From contig OX597818.1 in the NCBI GenBank assembly GCA_951406725.2, forward strand, positions 21,328,001 to 21,392,000: a stretch of 64,000 bases of DNA, in the 5' to 3' direction. The DNA is from Octopus vulgaris (taxonomy: Eukaryota). Positions 56,687 through 64,000 of this stretch are shown here, piece after piece; the stretch's first letter is position 1; each line of letters opens with the position of its first letter. The notes under the pieces are model-generated. The model was not told the DNA's origin and ran no database searches. It saw only the letters and a list, made by a program, of their open reading frames with translations. The position numbers and the translations under genes were made by a program.

Positions 56687-58523
56687 CACTTCAGAGCTAC
56701 TCCCTATCCTCATCAAACTCTCTTATAGTGATGTACGGCAATTTTTGGAAATATACATGCCTCATTCTCCAAGAATGCAATTCTCTGACCCTGCTAGCTA
56801 TTTACCTATTACACTCCTCTCTCAAAGGTAATGGATACAGCAAATAACAATATTTTCCAACACCCTGAATCACTCTCCTGAATAATCACCATTGCAGCTT
56901 CCCAAAATCCATCCCTTCAGGAAACGTTTTTCATATATTAATGTGCTCTTGTTACGAAGGGAGTTGGTAAAAGCAGTGTTGTTACCCTCATTATCAGCAA
57001 AACTTGACTGTCTTCTTTCATGCCTGCCTATGGGTTTCATCCATCTCTTGGATCAGCTTTCTATCAGATCATTCTATCACAGCCTGTGCCGGAGTTCACT
57101 CAAGCTTACACACTGTCATCTCTTGCACCAATGACCTACTTGCTGTTTGCATAGATTATACCTCTCTTCCATTTTTTTTTTCGTTTACACAGCCAGGCTC
57201 CATCCATATGCGACCTAAACCCTTCCTGATACCCTGTATTCACTCTAACAGAAATCGCATAAGCATCCTATAGTGGAGTCATGCCAGTCGTGTCTCTATG
57301 ACTAGAAAAGACACCCCCACCCAAGTATTGCTTAAATCAATAAAAATAAAACATGATCACACCTCATCGAGGATTACAACGTTTGACATCAATATCGGTT
57401 TGCGAGAACACGCAAAGGCCATGACCACTGAACCTACAAACTAAAAATATAATTATTTTGAAACATACACATATATATATATATATATATATGTAAGACT
57501 TCTCTTCTTCCTCTCGGCATATAAAATATTTTATTAAACTTTGAATTACTCGTATCACTCTTTTTCCGACGCAGAATATTTACTACTTTCCTCAACTCCT
57601 TGGTTTCATTATATACATATTCATGAAAGAATATTTCCTGTTTAATTTATTGTCGGCCGGCGATTGGATAAGTGTAGATTCTGCGCACATCGTCCGTCTC
57701 TATAGGCCGGTCATTCTCTCTTACCTCCACTCATACTCTCACAGCCAACTTATATAATCTTTTTACTCCTTCTTCACTCACACTCTTTCTCTCTAGTCAC
57801 GTTTCATTTCCAAGGGCAATCTTATATATTTATTCCTTTTTCCATTTTAAAGTATTACTGACAGGTTATTACAGGTTAGCATTAATATTCCTTTTTTTCT
57901 TTCCTTTTCATGTAGTATCAGTATATTTTTTGACATTTTATTTCATGTTATTTTACTATAATATATTTTAATCCTAAAAAGAAACCTTCGTCTACTTAGT
58001 GTTGGGTTTTTAAAAAAAATTTTCCCTCCCCTAAAATTATCGCTTATCATAGAAAAGATCTCTTTTTGTACTTGTATTCTCTTATAACATCTATATTTTT
58101 AAACAGCAATTTACGAAGTAATCTTTTTTCTATCAAAAGATTTTGCCTAGTTTTGTTTTTTAAAGAAACTAGGCTATATAAAATGTATTACAAGTTAAAG
58201 ATGAATATATATTTCTTTTGTTTCAGTTAGTAAAACGATTTGAGGTTTTGTATTAATTTTAACATTTAGACAGTAAAAGTGAAAATATTGGCTTAAATAT
58301 GAATTCGTATCCATGTTGTGTCCTTGCGACACACGAACAACTCAATTTTTCTTCTTTATTTAATAAATTCGTCCCACAGCTCTATAAATTTTAATGAATT
58401 GTATAATTTTTAAAGTAAATATGGTATTTTTATTTAATCACATAGTTTTGACTTGGAATAATTTATACACACACAGACACACACACCACCGGTGTCTTCA
58501 TCATGTGGAATGACTGCTAGGCT

Positions 58524-60097
58524 GGCCATTTTGAATTTAGGGTGTGTTTGTGGTAGTGATAATGGTAACACACGCATCTGAAAAACTGCTTCCAGGCCGT
58601 GTTTTTCTAATTAATTTTCTCATAAATTTACTTCATTTTGACTGCATGTATCAAAATCTCAGTTGACGATGGGTTTGCTATTTGTGCATGTATACTTACA
58701 GGTCTACCAAGTGTATAACACCTTGAACCAAACACCGACATATATTCCTAGAAAAGTATCACATGTATGTTATAAAACATTTGAGCCTTTCTAAGCTCAG
58801 TAGGGAAATGTAACGAACCTGTTATGAATTATATCATTTGTTCAAACAGGTCAAAAAATTCAGAAGAAAAAAATGTAATGAAATCCGCCGATATATAGCC
58901 TATATATATATGTATACATATTACATACACACACGCACACTCGTACAGTAGGAATAAAATGTTATATGGGGAAAAAAAAGATTAGTGTATAAAAAGTTTA
59001 TATTTAAATTTCCCTTCCCATCCTATTGTTTTTACTTTTTCTCACTTTTCAAAACTATATATATTATATTTAAAAAAAAGAGTTATACTACTATCTTTTA
59101 CTCTACATTAGTTGAACAGGCTACAAAATATAGATGGCCTGGTTTAAAAACTAGGAAAGGCACACGAGGGTCAGTTTCCCCCACTTCGTGTATGTATGTA
59201 TGTATATATATATATATATTCATACAGTTTTATATCCTTAGATTGAATGTTTTTTTTATATTTTGAAGATGATATTATACTCTAGTTTCAAGACTTAATC
59301 ACTTTAGACTGGCTTCGTATCTTTTTTTCTTTCTTTTCTTCGTACTTAAAAAGTGTACTATACGGAAGTGACTGCTTATTTGAAAAAGGACGTTTAAAAA
59401 TCCGATTTCTTTAATATTTAAATTCATTCTCCAACTTATTGATTGCGTTTGGTGAAAAATAAGCGTGGAAAAAATTACAATTTCTTTTCCAACTGTTTAT
59501 TTTAAACCATCCGTGTTGGTCGTTTTCGTTGGTTTTAACCGTTTTTCATGTGAAACCACGCCGTCCTTGTGTACCGCCATTTTCCATTTCATTATTTTCT
59601 CTATGCTCAATAGAAATCTAACCTTTCAATTAAATTTTATTTAGCAAAAGTTACTGAATAACAATACTGTTTCTTTTTGTCTCCAGTTTTTTTTAAACAA
59701 TGGTTTAATACCGAAACGGCTTCGTTAAAGCCATTACATTTTCGAGAGCCACTCGTACATTTAGCCCCCCCCCCAATCCAAATTTTTTTTTGTTTCATAA
59801 CTGAACCTTCTTTCTTTGTATATAAAATCTTTTTATGAAATGTAATTTACTTTTATTTTTAATATCTATCTTAATTTGAAGTCGGCCATGTTTTGAGTAG
59901 ATGAATTTTTTTCTATCTCAGCCTGAGTGTAATTCTAATGTCTGTGCTTTATCTAAGTTATCACGTTTCTCATTACATACATTACTCATAAGTACATCTG
60001 ACACATTTTAAACTATTTTCTGGAGCTTTCTGTTAGATGAATTTGATATTTCTTTTACGTTCTCATGTGTGCACACTCACGCGTGTCTTTTCACGTG
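58524..60097 (+). promoter_or_regulatory. CpG-enriched, repeat-poor promoter-proximal region with YY1, ETS and E-box motifs
   Basis: CCGCCATTTT 59574-59583, GGCCATTTTG 58524, CGGCCATGTT 59883 (YY1-like); CGGAAGTG 59363 (ETS); CACGTG 60092. Confidence 0.5.
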
Positions 60098-60182
60098 GTC
60101 GGCTTTAAAATTATCTGTTTCTATGTGCAACTGCCCGAGTATATAAGGCTATATGGTAAATTTTAATTTTAGGCTGTCCGAT

Positions 60183-60360
60183 ATGTCTTGTGAAGAAACC
60201 ACTGACGATATGTATGTTGGTGACTGTGGGGAAGATACAGCGAACCAGTCTGAGGCGTATTCCGGTGAGATGCCTAAAGATGATGCTGAAGCAAATGAAG
60301 AACAAAACGACGTTGCCCAGACCAATGAAGAGACGCCGATGGAGGAAAGTACTGAAGCCG
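60183..60360 (+). CDS. Probable first coding exon (exon 60173-60360) of an unidentified gene with an acidic N-terminus: MSCEETTDDMYVGDCGEDTANQSEAYSGEMPKDDAEANEEQNDVAQTNEETPMEESTEA
   Basis: ttttag| acceptor at 60172, ATG at 60183, |gtgagt donor at 60361 (phase 1). Coding-like, CpG-containing composition against AT-rich flanks. Confidence 0.75.
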
Positions 60361-62029
60361 GTGAGTATTTAGTGATGCATTTTAGTCGTACTGGTAAGAT
60401 CTGTGCATTTTTTTTTGTTCCTTATGGTCTTTATATTTATGCTTGCATTGTGTACAGAGTAGTGGACAGCTCACGGAATCTTTTTTTTTTTATGGCTTTG
60501 TAGCTCGAGTTTTTTAAATTAGCAAAATATTCGAACATAAGAAAACGGTGAAACTTAATCATTTAACGTCCGTTTACCATGCTGGCATGGATTGGACGGT
60601 ATGACGAAGGCTGACAAGTCAGAAGATTGCGCCAAGCTCGGGTGGATGCCCTTTCTAACGCTAACTACTCTATAGTATGTATTGGGTGCTTTTTACGTGG
60701 CACCAGCTCTGATTAGATCAAGTAACTAACGTAAGAACCCCTCCAATTGAGCGGGGAGTAGTATCGTGGGAAGTGACTTTGCGATGGGTGAACAGGTTTG
60801 AGGGACAAGTTCCAAGCATTAAAGGCCACCTCAGAAGTAGTAGGGAAAGGTGGAGAAATGTGATGGTGGTGGGTATATACTCAAGTTACATGAGTAAAAA
60901 ATGTAATTGCTGATGTGATAGCAGTACGGGTGGGTTGAAGTAAAATTAACGGAGTTGTAATTGTTAAATGTCTACCTTTCAGTGAATCCTACATGAATAG
61001 CTGATCAATTACCAAGTGTAACCCTGCATGTATAGAATTAAAGCACTGAGCATTTAGTTATGTGGCTCATTATAGCAGTGTGGGTATATGGGGATTATTA
61101 ATTGGTTATAATTTTAAATGCACAACAGATGTTAATTGATGAAATCAGCTAAATAGTAATTTGTAAATAGTATTGAAAGCAGGCTTACATTTTGTTCTGT
61201 ATTTGGTAGGGTATAATTGGATTGAAATAAAGTGTAGTGGAGAAATTAATGCCATGATTAATGTAGGATATGGGATGGACTTAATTGTTATGAATTATTG
61301 TTGCTTGGCAGAGCATAGGCTTGTCCTGCATAAATGTTATAAAAATGTTCACTAAGGTTGAAAAATAAGACATATATTGTATTGTGACAATTGGTATACT
61401 GTTTCAGTGCCCATAAGAATGTGACTGTCCAGTAGGCTGAGTGTGATAGCTGGACATCAGTTTTCTTTGTTTCACTGCTGGTTTGAGTTGCATCCTGTTT
61501 CATGTGTAAAATTGTTATATACAATATCATCTGTCAGCTATAGGAATAGGAAATTGTGGGTGATGACTGGAGATTGGGTAGGATTTGAAGAGTGGTTATA
61601 GTGTGTCAATATGGGAGTTGATAGGGCGGTAGATGACTACACTATGGAACAAAGAGCCCCCAAATAGTAATTATAATACAGTAGACAAGGATGAGAGGAA
61701 GAGATGTTTTGGGTCAGTTACAAAAGTGTGAGGGGAGAGGCAAGTTTAGTGCATAGGAAGAATGAGAAATGTATGAAGGGTGAAGGGGCACAGAAGAGAG
61801 ATGAATGTAAAAAGTAGGTGGAGAAGGCAGTGTTAATGAAAGATGGATATCAAGTGGTTCCAGACAGTGAGAAGGATCAGTGGTATTAGGGAAGCATGCA
61901 GTTCTAATCACATTTAATTACAGCAACAGAAGACTGCAGTTAAGCTGGTGGAGAGTGTCGGTGACAGAAAAAGGATAGGTGGTGCAGGTAAGATAGCTCG
62001 AAGAAATTGAAAGGAACCCAGCTGTTCAT

Positions 62030-62270
62030 ATACTGAACAGTCATTTCCCAGAAGACACCAATCCTTTCTTTCCTACTTACTGAAACCTTTCCTTGCTAAG
62101 TTTGTCTTAAGGTTTCTTGATCCCTAGGCCTAGCTTCCATGCCTGGAATTTCCTGATTCCACTATAGATTGAGAACTAGATTATCAGCATATAGGAGTTC
62201 CCATAGACAGCCTCAAAGTCCTGTTATGGCCCAGGACTATGATGAATAGAAGACTGAGCTTTAAACTACT
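62030..62270 (-). mobile_element. RTE RT remnant
   Basis: Minus strand reads GCLWELLYADNL, homologous to PWELFYADDL at about 1030. Confidence 0.6.
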
Positions 62271-62367
62271 TCCATGCTAAATTTATCACTGAAATCGACT
62301 TACTGCATCTTTGTATGTAGCTTATAGAAGTACAGGTGGAAACAGTAAAGCTGTTTCTTTGATTTAA

Positions 62368-63829
62368 CCCTTTCGTTACTATATTTCTGACCAAAATACA
62401 CCCCTCATGAGTTTCAATTAAATTCTAAAATAATCATGAATTTAGGCTTGTTTCATTAAATAACTGTAACTTTTTTACTTATCAACATTTTAATGTGATA
62501 TTTGGAACATAATTAAAGGAAGGGTTCTTAATCAATTCTATTGCATAACTTTTGACTCAAAGTGACTTTAATTACAGGTAAATCCAGGTAAATTGAGCAA
62601 AAGGTAAAAATATTAAAATTTTAAATTGAGCAAAAGGTAAAAATAAAAATTTTGTTTAAACATCACTATAGAAAATGAATCCTCAGCTAATATTCAAATG
62701 GGTATGCAACAAAATTTTGATAAAGAAGAATTGTGCACATCAGTTGAATGTAATGCACAACAGGTGTACCATAAAGGTGGAATAAACTGAAATATTGGAA
62801 TCCACCGTAAGTTTGACCGAACTAAAGAAATCGGTCAAAAAATAATATACGGCCCTGGTTATGGTATGGAAGTGATAAATTCCAGACCACATCGTTCCCT
62901 AGGCCATGCTGACTAATATTATTTTCCCTGTATAAAAACTAAATCCACGCAGTACCCAGTAATTTGCTTCACAAATTTCCCAAACTTTGAACCCCGATTT
63001 TGGGTTTGTTTACAATCTGCATAAGTGCGTTTCCACATTGATCGCTTCAAACAATAACTTCCAGACCACATCGTACCCTAAGCCATGCTGACTAACATTA
63101 GTTTCCCTGTATAAAAACTAAATCCACAACAGTACCCAGTAATTTGCTTCACAAATTTCCCAAACTTTGAACCCCGATTTTGGGTTTGTTTACAATCTGC
63201 GTAAGTTTGTTTCCACATTGATCGCTTCAAACTAGCATACTGAAAAAAATAAAAGTCTAATGGTTTCACTTCCTAAGAAAGGCTATAGATAAACTTTATC
63301 TCCTCAGAAAAATTGCTAATAAAAACATTTAAAAAGTTTTTTTACTTCATTCCGATGTAAAATCGACTTCGCTGTCGCCTTCGCCGCTTTGTTTCTTCGG
63401 AAGGCGCTGCTTTCATTTTCGGATAAAAAAATATTCATTATTTTGTACACCACGTGCTTTAGTACCTATTTCATTCTTTTTCTCGATATCTCCCTATTTT
63501 CCGTTGACAAAGCTTTAAATTCGGAATCAATGCTTGATAACATGAAACTCCTATCCATTTTCAAAGTTGATGAAAAATCGATGCCGTAAAACATGTGGAA
63601 AAAAATCTCCCAAAATTCACTGAGTTGAGATATCACTTCAAGCAATGTCGGATACTATAACTTAACTATTTACAATGTGAAATCACATGCTTTAACGAAT
63701 GTACCAACGAGATTTGGGTTCAAATTTACATTTAAATAACAATGGGTTCTAACGGCCGGGTATGGCCGGGTTGGTACTTTGAACCAAAAAATTGTTCGGC
63801 CGGCTACGGCCGGGTTAGTAACGAAAGGG
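62368..63829. mobile_element. Non-autonomous piggyBac-type transposon (1.46 kb)
   Basis: TTAA TSDs at 62364-67 and 63830-33; perfect TIR ccctttcgttacta / tagtaacgaaaggg; no transposase ORF. Confidence 0.9.
62881..63237 (+). repeat. Tandem duplication, about 179 bp x2, inside the piggyBac-type element
   Basis: tccagaccacatcg...gatcgcttcaaac starts at 62881 and again at 63060. Confidence 0.92.
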
Positions 63830-64000
63830 TTAAGAAAATATATTTAGATAAAAAATTTTTTTACCTTTCCTTGTAAAGTAAATCATTCCAAACAGATGGT
63901 GTTTTGTCATGGGGGAAAAAGTCTGCATGGCAAATAGTCAAAATATGGGATTAGCTTGTTTGATACCAATACACACCAACCTCTGGTTCCATGTTACAGA

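Overview
AT-rich, repeat-dense animal genomic DNA; the SINE families suggest an octopus (inference). About 2-34.6 kb holds the 3' part of a small-HERC E3 ubiquitin ligase gene (HERC4/HERC3-like, + strand). I assembled 25 GT-AG coding exons (2512 nt, phases consistent, about 836 aa plus stop) running from RCC1 repeats through the HECT domain with catalytic HTCFN; the 5' exons lie upstream of the window. A second + strand gene appears to start near the right end, with an acidic coding exon at 60173-60360 and YY1/ETS motifs upstream. The rest is mobile-element debris: RTE and CR1-like LINE fragments, tRNA-derived SINEs, a deleted Helitron, Tc1/mariner and Merlin remnants, and piggyBac-type MITEs. 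The most notable unexplained structures are a CpG-rich ~120-nt nested hairpin (42546-42663), a diverged duplicate of a promoter/first-exon-like module (about 42.0 and 57.5 kb), a variant hammerhead-ribozyme-like motif (52452-52487, - strand), a Bov-A-like short RTE derivative, and a perfect 17x15-bp expansion inside a SINE head. Most repeat boundaries are approximate.
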